DNA of 64,000 nt from Eledone cirrhosa. Lineage: Eukaryota. The stretch is taken from NCBI GenBank assembly GCA_964016885.1, contig OZ024740.1, positions 375,224,001 through 375,288,000 on the forward strand. The letters are read 5' to 3'. The translations under genes were made by a program, and so were the position numbers. This document shows positions 25,426 to 40,689 of the stretch, piece by piece. Each line of letters begins with the position of its first letter. Positions within the stretch are counted from its first letter, which is position 1. The notes below the pieces were generated by a model. It saw only the letters and a list, made by a program, of their open reading frames with translations. It was not told where the DNA came from and did no database searches.

Positions 25426-27145
25426 CGAGGTGGCAAGCGCGTGTGCCCCCATTTGCTATAATAGTGCGAGATGAGGAGAGAGAGACGGAGGGACAATGGG
25501 AATTTGAGTCCATTACGTTCAGACTTAATATGTATGTAAACATTTATTTAAAACAACATAGCATACACCATACCTAAGTTTATGATTATTGTTATTCATC
25601 AATTCTTATCTGAAGAATAGTTAACAAAATAAAATACTTTAACATTTCTCGCGCGATTCATATTTATTTACACAGTAGCTATAATTACGAAAAATGTGAG
25701 CAAAAACAGAATGCGTACTTTTTGTGAAATATTATCATCCGCATGTAATTGCAAGAAATTCCAATGAATGAAACATAGTTGTTAAGTGTTTCAGAATTCA
25801 AACATTATTGTTCATTGTTGAAAGGCAGTTCATAATATGTAGTATATTATCAAATAATAAGTAGTTTGAGCTCATTTCGTCTCTATGATTTTCCAATAAA
25901 TGACATAGATAGTCGGTGTAAGTCTGGAGGGAGTAACAGGGAGGATATTAAAGTTTAAAAAATGTTTTAGAATACCTGATAAATTTAATTGGCTCTTCTA
26001 AATTCATTCCATGTTTAGTGTAGAGCTCATAATATGTGTTAAAATTATAGTTTATTTTATAGATTGTAAATTTGAAAATATTTCCGTGAGAACTCATCGC
26101 AAAGAGGAAGCTGACTAAATAAGCTTGAACATTCAAATCGCATTGGATATTGTTAAATTTCAATCCGCTATATGTGAGATAAAGTCAATATTAGAATTTA
26201 CTGAACAAAGTGCATTTCGTGTGAACATGACTATACATGTGTTGGCTTGGTCGAAGTTATTTCATCAAACATTTTGCTGGGAGTTTGAATGAAATTCCTA
26301 TATTTTTGACAAAAGGAAAATTTACTTGTCATGAATATTTGTGACGAGTATATATTTTTAATACAGTTTTTTTCTTCATGTTTGTATTGTTTTCACACTG
26401 ATGGAGAAATATCTGACAGTTTACTCCATTACGCATGAAAGATTTGAAAGTTTACTCCATTACGCATGTAATGAAATTAAAATTTATTTAATAAAAGGTC
26501 AATAATGTTTATCAAAAATACTTAACTTAAAATGTTTATCAAAAATACTTAACTTAAAATTCCCTAGGAAGCATCATTGAAATTGTTCGAAGGAAATAAT
26601 CGAGTATCATTTGGAAATTTGTTTTTAAGAGTTCTCAAGATTTGGGAATACGAAGACACTCCAAAATATGTTAGATGTATAGACAGTGTACGTATAGAAA
26701 ATCTAAATGTGAAAATGTCAAAATATAATTGAATAGTTTACAAATTTGAACGTATAATTAACAGAAATAAACTACAGAAATAATTTCGAAAATATTCTGG
26801 TTAAATAGCGATAAAGAAAGCTCAGAGAATGTATAACCGACGTTTTGAAAATGTATACATCCATTTTAGAAGTTGCTTTCATGAAATCATCTTTGAGTGA
26901 TAATTAAACTTAATTTTCATTAATATTCTTATGTGATTTATCATTCTCATGTGATTCATCATTTTCAGTGATGAGATTCTAAGCACATATTATGTAACCA
27001 TAAGTTGATGATAAAACCCATCTCAAAAACAAAAAGAAAGCAATAAGGCAAATACATTTTGATATAATGTTGTTCTTATATGTAGCACTGAAACAAAATG
27101 CTCACTGACTATTTGATTTTATTTATGGTAAGGGAATATTGTTCG

Positions 27146-27268
27146 AATCCTTGTTTCTCATATCTGTTCGAGTCTCTTGCTTCTTATAATTACGATAAAA
27201 TATATTTGATAAATATTATCGTAATTATAAGAAGCAAGAGACTCGAACAGATATGAGAAACAAGGATT
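27146..27268. repeat. Perfect 53-bp inverted repeat with 17-nt spacer
   Basis: 27146-27198 is the exact reverse complement of 27216-27268. Confidence 0.95.
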
Positions 27269-29049
27269 ATTATTTCCAATTGTTTTGGTTTAAACTATTG
27301 ATAAATAGTATTCCTATGTTATTTTATAAAGTACTTTACTATTTATAAATTTCAATTTTTCCATTTATCCTTCTCGACATGTTGTCATTAATAAATGTTT
27401 AATCGTGCCTCTTAAAATTATTTCATAAATTTCCATGTTTGTGTTTATTTTTGTTAATATTAAATTACATACATAACACAGTTTTCTTTCCAGAAAACAT
27501 TCATTATTGTTGTTATTTATGCATTAATTTTACTTTTTGCGAAATACTTATTATAAATAAAACATTCAATTCCTAAATGTGTCCCATAAATAATTCAGAA
27601 TGTATTGATTGCTTAAGCAGACGGACATATGAATTATTTCAATCATTTTATCCTCTTTCTTAAAAAAATAATTTGTAAAGTACAACTATTATAAAAACAA
27701 TAATATATTGCTTTAAAATTCCTTCGGTCACTTGACCAAATTTCTGTTAGCGAATTATCGCCGATTTAGAAAGACTGTCTAGAGTTTGAATTTTCCCTTA
27801 ATTTTTTCATTGTAATTATATATTAAGAAAGATTCTGGTTCAATTTAATTCGCAAGCTGAAACTAATCCACTCATTTTCATTTTTATTTAAAGGAAGTGA
27901 GAAATTATTTATAGAATATGTTTTGCCTTTTAGAAACACATTTTCCATGCCTTGTATGTTTTAAGTATGAAACAATATTTTACCATCTTTAGCATTTTCC
28001 AAAATATCTTCCATTGTTTGATAATTTTAACACATATATATATATATTTCAGAGAACATGGCAAAATATACATTTAAGATACCATTTTCCTTTCCTCACT
28101 CACGAAGCATTTATCAATTTCATGGATCTAAAGTCAGTAAAGGAGTTTTTTCATATATGAATAATTTTCCTAGTCAATTGATTTATAATCTTAACATCTT
28201 TATCCAGATATTCGGAAATCTATTCAAGACAAAGAAATGATAATTTTACATTCTTATTATGTACCTTCAAAAATGGAACGTTTTATCAGATCTAGTTCAC
28301 AACATTTGAAGTTATATAATTATATACTGCTGGTATAAATACGTACGATTCATTGAATATATCTAATAGCATATATTCATTATTAAATGTGTGATAGATA
28401 TCGATGTTTCTTATTAAAGTGAGCATAGTTAATTTAAGAGCGATACATGGTGGTGTGTAAAAGAATTTCAATATAATTAGTTTAAAATATTTATATTAAA
28501 ATGCTTATGATATTAATGAATATAAAGAAATGTACTTAGTTGACGCATGAAAAGTACTCAATATGTAGAGCATCTTACTTAAAATCATTGGCAATCGCAA
28601 TATTTTTATAAATATGTTTATGACGAGAAAAATAAAAAATAAATTACAGCGTTATAAAAATAAAAAAGCTAGACAAATTAAAGATCATTTTGAATGGTGT
28701 TAAAATAATTGGTAATGTAATATTAAATAATCTAGAATAAACAAGTGATGGAGAACAACGACTCTAAACAAGACATGACATGCATAGGAGATATCAAAAC
28801 ATTATTCTGAAAGTATAATTTGCTAGGCATCACTGAAAAAATCAAGTTTACCGAAAGTTTTCTCTACGTATATTCAACTATATTTAAGTATCCTTTCAGG
28901 AACAAGAAAGTATAAATGCTTGCGGTGAAAGTCTACTCGAATGAATTGCATGAAGATGACACAGCAACATTTAGATGTAACATTTTACGTGTTATACAGT
29001 TTTATTGCAATTATCGAATAGAACATGTATATATATATATATATATATA

Positions 29050-31700
29050 GTCCTACAACGACAACAAAAGGGTTCAATACAATCATACGATACAACCTAA
29101 CTTCAACAACCACCACAGCTACACACCCTTTAACAACAACAGCAGGGGTCAATACAACCATAAGAGACATCCTAACTTCAACAATCACCGCAACTTCCGT
29201 AGTCATTTTTTAGACATAGCACACAGACACAGGGTAACGAGATAACACAAAACACACAGGAGACACCAAAAGTAATACAAATCGTTATTTTAACCCCTAA
29301 AGAATTAACAACATACTCTCCAAAGGTCTGAACTTTACATCAAGTCCCCAACGACCAAACTACACGAAATGAAGGAATATATTGCAGAGTTCTGTAGAAA
29401 ACTAAAACTTAGCGAACAACGATACAACAAATACAATGAGGATGACTCAATAGCCAGAAATAGAAGCAACTGCGCCCGACCAGAAAGCAAGAACAAATTC
29501 CTCGATCAATCCTGTGAACACAAAATTAATTACCCATACCACCACCTACACAGACATAAACAAAAACCAAACCTAAGCAAAAAAGAATGGAATGATCTTA
29601 ACAGTCTAAAGAACGACAAAACCCTGACAATCAAAGAGGAGGATAAAGGGAGTGCAATATTCCTTATGAATACAGATTACTACCCGACCCTACTACTTTC
29701 AACACTAGAAAACGAAACATATTACGAAAAGGTTCAACACTACTCACAACAGAAAATATTGAGAAACCTAAAATCCCTAACAAACCTTTACAAAGAAGGC
29801 CTTACCGGCAAGGAATACAACTACATCACCAATTTCAAAAGCAGAACCAGCCTCTTCTACGGTATCCCAAAGATACACAAAAGCGAAGTAATAGGCAGGG
29901 CCACATACATTTACATCAATATACCCCTCCCGACGACCTCAAATTAAGACCCATAATAGCAGGTACCACATGTGAAATCCCCCGCCTAAGCAACTTCCTA
30001 GATATTCTGCTTAAACGTTATAAAAAGCTAAAACATCTAAAAAGCTTCATAAGGGAGACCTGGACCTGCTCATCCACCTCTCCACAACACTTAGTAATGA
30101 ACTCACCCTACTAGTAACCTTTCATGTCATCAATCTGTATTCCAATATCCCACACAACCTAGGTATAGAGGCAATACAATTCTCGCCTTAAAACTTCCCT
30201 GACGAACTTCCACAGCGCATCCCTAAATAATTTGTGATGGAGGTCATCAAATTCATCTTGGAAAATAACTTCTTCGAATTCGATACCAAATACTACAGAC
30301 AGAAATCTGAGACTGCCATGCTCTCGAAAGTAGCCCCCCTCATACGCCAACCTTCTCATGGGATATTTGGAAACTACTCTATACCGAAATGTTCTAGACA
30401 AAAACGGAAACCAGTTCTACATAGAAAAAACTGGTAGAGATATGTGGACGACTGCTTCATCCTCTGGCATGAAAGTATAGAAATACTGATTGAGTTTAAA
30501 ACACTTCTAAATGGACTCAACACAAACATCCAATGGAATACAGCCATGAACAACTCCCTTTCCTTGACATCCTCATCAGGAAAACAAACAACAAAATAGA
30601 AAAAGACATATACTATAAATCCACAGACTCCAAACAATATCTTCCATTATACTCGTGCTACCCTCGGCATACCAAAATGGCAATTCCTTATAACCTAGCC
30701 AATAGGATCTGCACAATAGTTTCAGATAAGTAAACATGCTACACACGACTAGACGAAATAAAGTGCACACTCATCAGCAGAAACTACCCACCATACCTAA
30801 TCAACAATAGATTACAACGTGCCCTAAAACTCAACATCCAGGAACTCAGACACCCCAAACCCAGAAATGAACCGAAGCAGAAAATTCTACCATACATCTC
30901 CACACACAACCCCCTCAACCATGAGGCATTCGAGACCATCCTCCAGAACATTCCTTTACTAAAAAGCGACCCAAGAATGAATAAAATCCTCCAAACACAC
31001 AACATCATAAAGAGCAAAATACAACCTAAATCCACAAAAAGCACCCTCACACAAGCCAAAATCAAATCAACCCTCACTATGAACCCCACAGTAAAAAAAT
31101 GCGGAAGGCCCATCTGTGGTATATGCATAAATCTAATAGAAGGTTCAACATTCCACTTTAAACAAGGACAAAATTTCACAGTTAAATACAACTTTACATG
31201 TGCATCTGAAAACTTAATCTATGTTTTGACCTCCTCAGGTTGTCAAGAGCACTACATAGGACAGGCAAAAAATAGCCTCCGAAAACGTATGATCGTCAAT
31301 AGATCACAAATCAAAATACAGGAATACAGAAAGATTGCTTTTAGTGAACATATCGCCAATTGCGCACCTAACCAACTACCAAACTTTTGAATTTTCCCCA
31401 TTTACATATCATAGACAACGCTTCATTCATCCATTGTACTAATAATGAAACGTACTTCATTAACAAATTCCAACCTCTACTTAATGGACTAAACTTCGGA
31501 CTAAACTCAAACTGGAACGAACAATGAACCATAGTCCAACATTCTTACGTTCTCTAAAGAGTTACCTTCCTCAAACCCTACCTAATCCTTTTTCATATAT
31601 AAATAAATTACCCCCTCCTCTCTTTCTCCTACCCGACCACCCTGCATTACCTGCCCCTGCATATTATTTCTCTAAAAAGGGAAAACACATGCAAACCTAG
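29050..31700 (+). mobile_element. Degenerate near full-length PLE (Neptune-like), RT + GIY-YIG
   Basis: LSKGLNF, IKEEDKGSAI, FYGIPKIHK, RPIIAG, RYVDDCF, LPFLDI, KCGRPICGIC, NLIYVLT..HYIGQ; multiple frameshifts. Confidence 0.88.
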
Positions 31701-31959
31701 ACGGACATTTGACCCCATCAAGGAACAACTTCTTTAAGGGTTCGTACCATAATAACTTTTTTTCAACTGGTTACCCTAAAAAACAATGCTTGTAAATATT
31801 ATTCTTTCTGTCCCATTACCTTATCATGTTCGACATCACCCTTTTTTTACTTCAAAAACCTTGTTTGTAAATAATATTATTCTTTCTTTGCCATTTCAAT
31901 AACAGGTTCAACATCACCTTAACCAATACAAATTGGGGCTTAGTTTACAGATTATACAT

Positions 31960-33173
<1,214 letters not shown>

Positions 33174-33194
33174 GAGAGAGAGATAGATAGATAT

Positions 33195-36100
33195 GTTTCT
33201 TTTATTTGCCACCAGGGCATCAAAAGTGGGTCAAGTACAAAGGGGGGAGTTTACACAAAAAGGCGTCCTCAATAAGGAGGAGGCAATAACAATGTATAAA
33301 AATAAAATAAAATATAACAAAAAATAAAATTCATAACAAAGTCCTCAATAGAGAGGAGGCGCCTTGGGGGGTCGCACACACCCCCGAAAAAGTGTGCAAC
33401 CCTTTTCCTCAGGAGCACAGAGAGGGGGTGCTCCCTCGTTCCTTCCTCTTTTCCACCTACAGGCTTATGTAAAGAGAAGGCCCATTCACACGGGCCATTC
33501 TCGCCACTTTCACCCACCTTTCATAAAAACGACTGGGGTGGAGCACCTCTCTCTCCATCCTGATCCTTCTTCCGAAATGACATCGGAAGAAACGGATCAG
33601 TTGTTGGCCAGAGAGAAAGGTGCCTGACCTCAGTCCTTTCAGACGCGTCCACCATGCAACCTCTTTCGCCATGGCACAGAAACACCGCCTCTGCTTCATC
33701 TTTGAAGGGGGGAGGCGGCTTGATCATTACAATAACTCGGTGGTCAACCGGATCGGTCCCACCCTTGACAGCAGTTGTTCGACATAGCCCCACAGATCAG
33801 CTACGCCCGAGCAGTGTACCAATGCGTGTGCAACGGTTTCCTCGTCGCACACGCATCTGGGACAGATCTTTTTGGCGGGGTCCCTACCCGGGCGCCCGTG
33901 TCTGTAGAGCCTTTCTCGAACGGGTAAAGCCCCTCGGTAGCACTCCCAGGCCAGGGACTTCTGGAAGTTGTCCATAGGTTAACGGGGTTAATGTCCTACC
34001 GAACAGGCTGGCCAGTTCGTCCTCCTCCATGTCTAGGGCTTCTCCGAGGGCGTCGTCGCACCTGCTGCGTACCAGCCCTCTATAGAATGTTGCGGTGGAG
34101 TCTCCACTGATAAACGGATACGCCTGCCAGAGGGCGATGAGCGCCTGGGCACACTCAGTGTGCCAGGCGCCCAGTTTTCTCGGTCTTTGCTTGACCCAGG
34201 ATTGCAGCTCGGTGAGTGAGACGAGTCTGGGAAAGGTTCGTCTCACAAACGAGGCCCACACCTGTTGACCGGTGAGGAATACGTAGAGGTGCCGTAGCCT
34301 TAATGCGTGTTTACGCATCATTAGCCACGGCATCCCCAGCCCTCCTTTCGAAGGGTGTTGACAGCAGATGGATCTCCTCACCATAGGCGCCCGCCTCTTC
34401 CAAAGGAATTGGAAGAGCGCGCGCTCCATCTTGGTGAGGGTTTCCCTTGAGCAGGGCACTACGGTCAGGCGGTAGTAGATGACGGACGCTATATAGGTGT
34501 TCACCACCTCCGCCCGACCTTTCAGGGATAGTTTGCCACTGGCCCACTTCTGGGTCAGTGCAAACACCCTGTTCGTAACCTCCGCCCAGTTCTTCTCCAC
34601 CTGGAGGTCCGGTCCGAACCAGACCCCGAGCAACTTCACCGGGCCCTCCGTCCAGCGTCCGACGACGCCATCGGAGGGCATCGGTCTGCCCCTCCACGTG
34701 CCGAGTTGCAAACCGATCGACTTGTCCCGGTTCAGCTTAGCCCCTGTGAACCTTTCGTACTCCTCCAGTAAGGTGCCGACCGCCTCGATTTCGGAGGCCG
34801 TCGACACCATTACTGTCACGTCATCGGCGTAGGCCGACACCGCTTTCCGCAATCCCGGTTCCAAAGGGATGCCCTGCAACAACTCCAACTTCCGCAGTAG
34901 TGGCTCGAGAGTCAACACATACAGAAGGGAGGAGAGAGGGCACCCTTGTCGGATGGACCGCGCGATTTTGAACGGCTCCGAGAGGTAGCCGTTCACCTTG
35001 ACCCTAGAGCAGATGCGGCTGCTGTGCATAGCAGAAATCCAGCCCCTGAAAACGGGTCCGAAGCCTGCCGCCGCTAGCACCGCATCCAGGTAACCATGGT
35101 CGACCCTATCGAACGCCTTAGATTGATCCAAGTTGATCAGAGCCCCACCAAAGCCGGGTTCGTTCCCAACCCCCTCTATGATGTATCGCATGAGGTGGAG
35201 GTTGTCATGGATTGACCTGGACGGGATAGCGCATGTCTGCGCATCTCCCACCAGGTTGCCCACGACAAGCGCCAATCTCTTTGCTAGCACCTTGGCCAAA
35301 GTCTGTAACTCTGTATTTAGCAGAGATATGGGCCTGAAGTTACTTATTTCCTCCCCCTTGTTCTCGTCCTTCCTCACTAGCGTGACTACGCCCTTGGTCA
35401 CAGTACAGGGAATTCTCCCGTTCTGTTGCCAGTTGCAGTAGACCGCCTCGAGGAGATCGGGGAACAAGTCCGGCATAGCTAGATATAATTCGTTAGGAAG
35501 ACCATCGAGACCTGGGGATTTGCGTTTGCTGCATTGGCCCAGCACGTCCTCTATCTCAGCGGCCGAAATCGGCTCCTCGCAGGACTTCGCCTCCCTGTCT
35601 GAGAGACGCGGCAGGCCGTCGAGGTATGGACCGAAGTCCACATTCCCAACCGGCTCCCCGCCCCTCCCTAACAGTCGGGCAAAGTGCCTTTGAAAGGCCT
35701 CACACATCTGCTTAGGCTCAAGAATCGCCCGTCCATCCAGGTCTCGCAAAGACCGGATAGTGTATTTTGTTCCACTGTTGGCCTCTGTCACGCGGGCCCA
35801 GCTAACAGCTTTGGTCCCCTCGTTCCCTAGAGCACGTATTTTACTTCGGACAACGCAGCCTTCGTGCTTCGCGTCGAAAAACTGGCTCAAAGCCGTTCTC
35901 GACGCTAGCACTCTGGCCACGTTGCCGCTTCTAATTGCCTCTTCTACTCTATCTATTAGCTCCCTTTCCTTCCTATTCCTATCCGCAGCTAGAACCTTAC
36001 TAAATTCTATCGAGACTACTCTAACCTCTCTCTTTAGAGATACCCACCACCTGCTGTTGACGATCGCTCCAGTCAATCGTTCCTTAACTAACGTACTAAT

Positions 36101-36805
36101 CCGATCCCTGTAGGCTCTACTTGCCGGCAAGGACAAGTTGAGCTTCCAGTAACCGGGGCCCTGTCTATGCGTTCTATCAAGGTTGACCATGCAGGTCACC
36201 AACTTGTGGTCTGAATAGCCAACCATGAGCATTTCTGGACAACTTAAAAAGTCCCTGTCCTTATTTCTAACTAAAAATCTATCTAGGTACGACCTAGATG
36301 ATCCGCTGCGATTTGACCAAGACCAGGTTGGCACCGTCGGAAAATCTAGTCGAAATCTATCGGCCAGGTCAAATCGGCCGAGTAACCCCTTGAGGCTGTT
36401 GCACCCCTCTCTATCGGGACATGCCCCTGCATAGTCCCAACGTGCATCCAGGATACCATTCCAATCCCCCACTAAAAGCAGGGAACGGGACGTCCCTAGA
36501 AAAGACTCCAGACGCTGGAAAAAGTCGGGCCGCTCTGTCCCAAAAGGGGCATATGCGGCTACCAGCCTAAAGGCTCCACCTTCACCACTGCCAAGGTCCA
36601 GCACCACTAGTTGACCCCCTGGGTCCAAGTGAACTATCTGTGTTGCAAGGCCCATATGTTTTTGCAGCAGAACGACAACCCCACCCCCACCTCCGGGCTG
36701 ACAGAGAGATGCGTGCATCTCAAAGTCGTCAAAGGTGGGGGCTAGCTGTCGCATGCTGCTGATCCGGGCCTCGCAGATAACCATCACATTTATAGATTGT
36801 GACCT
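33195..36805 (-). mobile_element. L1/Tx1-clade LINE, 5'-truncated within the endonuclease, 17-bp TSD
   Basis: TSD gagagatagatagatat at 33178-33194 and 36806-36822; 3' end ccctggtggcaaataaaagaaac. Confidence 0.9.
33457..36805 (-). pseudogene. Tx1-like ORF2 (APE endonuclease, RT, Cys-rich C-terminus) with few lesions
   Basis: Open frame 33884-36832 with GDWN, SYLDRF, SDHK, KSPGLDG, LDQSKAFDRV, RQGCPLS and YADD; frameshifts near 33980 and 33730; CPRC...ETVAHALVHC. Confidence 0.9.
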
Positions 36806-37159
36806 GAGAGATAGATAGATATATAGATACATAGATAGATGTGTATGTGTGGGAGGTTATGGTATTGTCCCTTAACCTTTGATGGGTTCGTAGGAGGGCC
36901 GTAGTGATATAGGGTGAATTTTCGACATTTTAGACAAGGTGGAGTCTATCCTTCTCCAAGCGTGACTATAGAAGATTTATTCCAGAGAAGGGCAGACAAT
37001 TTGAGAGAAGAAGAGAGACAGTAATATACATGGAAAATAAGTTAACCCGGATGGTATTTGAACTCAGTGAGAAGAGATTTGAAACGAATACCACAAAGCG
37101 CGTCACATATTAATATAATGAAATGGTGATACTTTGGGACCTCATTCCGACACATTATT

Positions 37160-38005
37160 ATATCGGTAGAGGATGGGACGCCATGCTTTGACGCATAGAG
37201 TTACGGCCCTTGCCATTCTGAGTTCAAATCCCGCCAAGGTTAACTTTGCCTTTCATCATTACGGGGTCGATAAAATAAAGTACCAGTAATGTACTGGTTA
37301 ATTGCTGGCCTTGTGCCAATAGTAGAAACAATTATTTTTAACAGTGTGAGGGCGGTGTATTGTAAGTATCGGTAGAGAGTCGGACACCATGCTTTGAAGC
37401 ATAGTGTTACGGTCCTTTATGATCTGAGTTGAAATCCCGTCGAGGTTAACTTTGAATTTCATCCTTACAGGAGTCGATAAAATAAAGTACCAGTAATGTA
37501 CTGAGGTTGATTTAATTGACTTTTAGTTCCCTCAAATTACTGGCCTTGTGCCTATACTAGAAATCATTATTATTAATTGGGTGATGGATTGACAGTATCG
37601 ATAGAGGGTCGGGCGACATGCTATGCAGCATAGTGTTACGGCCCTTTATGATCTGAGTTCAAATCCCGCCGAGGTTAACTTTGCCTTTCATCCTTTCGGG
37701 GTCGATAAAATAAAGTACCTGTCACGCACTTGGGTCGATATAATCGACTTTTCCGTCGCCAAAATTGCTGGCTTTGTGCCTATATAAGAAACCATTATTA
37801 AAGCGTAGTCTATTACAGTGAATTGGCAGTATCTGTAGAGGGTCGGACGCCATATTTTGCAGCATCGATTTACGGCCCTTTATGATCTGAGTTCAAATCC
37901 CGCTGAGTTTAACTTTGCCTTTCATCCTTACGGGGTCGATAAAAGAAAGTACCAGTAATGCACTGGGATAATTGCTGGACGTGCTAAATATAGAAACAAT
38001 TATTA
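37160..38005 (+). mobile_element. Four head-to-tail tRNA-derived SINE copies
   Basis: Units begin at about 37160, 37350, 37578 and 37815, separated by (TTA)-rich tails. Confidence 0.9.
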
Positions 38006-38325
38006 ATAACAGTCTTATTATGAAAGATGTTGACCTTTGTATAACACCAAATGTACAATACCACATGCTATATTACACCGGGACCACCTATGCATCCACT
38101 GCACAACTGATGAACCAATATTAACTACAGACATTTAAATACACACACACACACTGACTCGCATATATATATATATATACATATGCATACAAACAAATAT
38201 ATATATATATATTTGTTTGCGTGCATATATATGTAGAGCGATAACAAATTTGTTTTCTATTTGAATATGGCAAAGCCGGCCATTAATCGCGGGTATACAT
38301 GAAACTGACTGGACTAACTACTGAT

Positions 38326-38399
38326 ATGCAAATCTGGCTGATCCGTTGGTCTGCTAATATGCAGATCTGACTCATCAGGCAATCTGCTAATATGCAAAT
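38326..38399 (+). promoter_or_regulatory. Three octamer motifs at 33-bp spacing
   Basis: ATGCAAAT at 38326, ATGCAGAT at 38359, ATGCAAAT at 38392. Confidence 0.5.
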
Positions 38400-38480
38400 C
38401 AAGCTGATCTGTCACTGTATATTTCAGAATATATCATATATTTTCACTTGCTCTGACAGTTGGCAGGTAATCAGTATACG

Positions 38481-38521
38481 GTACTGATGAAGAGTAATCA
38501 TCCAGAAACATTAGTGTCTGC
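38481..38521 (+). ncRNA. Diverged type I hammerhead
   Basis: gta-CTGATGA-agagtaatcatcca-GAAA-cattagtg-TC-tgc; core intact, stem II decayed. Confidence 0.6.
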
Positions 38522-38696
38522 AGATCTATTTACATGCCAACACGAGAGCAAGAATGCGGGGCCATTCTACTGGCATGGCTTAAAAGAGGCTGTTTGCATA
38601 GTTGCAAACGAATCAAATATTATTTTTAATGTTCTAAAAACTCAGATTACATTTATTGTATTCAGCCATGTAGAGCGATAAGCCATTTGTTTGTCA

Positions 38697-38783
<87 letters not shown>

Positions 38784-39044
38784 CATAAACACATAAATAT
38801 ATACAAAATAAAATAGATATGTGTAAATTTACACATAGACCGCCTGTCCTTTAAGGTGCTCATCGAAAAAATTTGAGAAGAATATAGATATAATAATAAA
38901 ACGCATGGATATATGAATATTGAAACCTACTTTAAGAAGAGTAAACTCATTTGCATCAATCAAAGAATAGTGTTAATGCTTGTAGATAATTTAGCAAAAA
39001 ATGAAATTGAGTTCTATTAAAAGTAGTCCATCCATCTTGGTAAT

Positions 39045-39228
39045 AATTGTTTCTAATTTTGGCACAAGGCCAGCAATTACCCAGTACATTACTGGTACTT
39101 TATTTTATCGATCCTCAAGGATGAAAGGCAAAGTTGACCTCGCCGGTATTTGAACTTAGTCCGCGAAAGGACGTAACTCTATGCTGGAAAGAATAGCGTC
39201 CGACCCTCTACCAATACTGCCAATCCAT
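39045..39228 (-). mobile_element. tRNA-derived SINE
   Basis: Reverse complement of the SINE consensus. Confidence 0.85.
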
Positions 39229-39993
39229 CTTGCTAATAATGACGTTAGTATTGTAGTGTAGGAATGTTTTAAGATATTTATAGGCTTTTATTGTTTCGGG
39301 GTGTCTTTTCTACTTTTCGAAGTATGTAAGTATGCCATAGTCGTTGTATAATTTCTTTTATTTTGATGTAGCCAATTTAAGATGAAAATCTATATTTGTA
39401 ATCTACAATTTCCGTCTGAATCCAAATAGTGACGTATACATTCTTCCTTTGGTGTTCCGGGAAATGTATGTTTGGTTGATTCTATCACTTAGATTTCTAG
39501 TTTCAGTAGAATTTACACCTAAAAAGCTGAAGATAATAGACAAGACAACCTCAAATAGCAGAAATACTCTATATTTGCAAATTTATTAAAATCAATTGCA
39601 CACATAATCACAATAAGTGGCGTTCAAAATATTTTCTAGATTCAAAGGAATTTGGCAATGTAGCCTCCCTCGATTTACTCAGTAAACTAATTGATTTATC
39701 TAACGTAATGGGATTAATTAATATTTGCGATGCTGCGAATACGTAATCATCCATATCGTCATATTCATAAAGCTATATTTGGTTACTCAGTGAGCTTACC
39801 AACTATTCTATCATTGCTCGCGTAGTTTTCGAAATATCTTATCAGACTTTTCTGTTCCCCTTAAGTCAACTGTCATATTTAAATTGATTATTACGCCCTA
39901 TATCAAATCCAGCAGGGAGTTTCATAAGAAACGGTTTCTTAATAAATATTCCTCATCATCCTTCAAAGAACACATTCCCCTCTTATCTGCGTG

Positions 39994-40193
39994 NNNNNNN
40001 NNNNNNNNNNNNNNNNNNNNNNNNNNNNNNNNNNNNNNNNNNNNNNNNNNNNNNNNNNNNNNNNNNNNNNNNNNNNNNNNNNNNNNNNNNNNNNNNNNNN
40101 NNNNNNNNNNNNNNNNNNNNNNNNNNNNNNNNNNNNNNNNNNNNNNNNNNNNNNNNNNNNNNNNNNNNNNNNNNNNNNNNNNNNNNNNNNNNN
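39994..40193. other. Assembly gap (200 N)
   Basis: Run of N characters. Confidence 1.
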
Positions 40194-40689
40194 AATGCAA
40201 AGTATATTTCATCACTTAGCACTATTAACTTAATCATTTTCTTATATTTATTAAGGCTCAAAATACCAAGTTACAAACATTGATAAGTATGGTAAAACGC
40301 TTCATATTGGGAGAAAATGAAGAAAAGGGTAGACATTTCAAACACGCCCACAAGAAAGAAATGATTTAAATAAACAACATCCAAAATCGATACAGCAGTT
40401 ATATGACATTGCTCTCACTGGAGTTTAAAATCAAGCAGGGGTTAAAAAGAAGCGAACATAAGTATTGGTTTATAAACATAAACGACGACATAAGTCGTGA
40501 CAGAGTACGACTAACAATCAATAATTCCATGGAACTAAGACTGTGAATAATATATAGAGACCTCCACATTAATAGAATAGGTTTCTCAGCCAACAACATC
40601 GTGTATCCCATTCTGAACTTCACCAACTCCGTATCCCATATTCTTCCGCTAAATTCCTCGTCATCTCTCTCTCTCTCTATCGATCACAC

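Larger units (their letters stand above)
38231..38695 (+). mobile_element. 437-bp non-coding monomer with short terminal redundancy, octamer cluster and HHR
   Basis: atgtagagcgataa at 38231 and 38668; flanked by TA-rich tracts. Confidence 0.65.

Noticed and set aside
26418-26560. Two short local duplications (20 bp and about 27 bp)
   Set aside because: Ordinary slippage products; not a CRISPR-like array.
39884-40261. ORFs spanning the N run
   Set aside because: Artefacts of the assembly gap.
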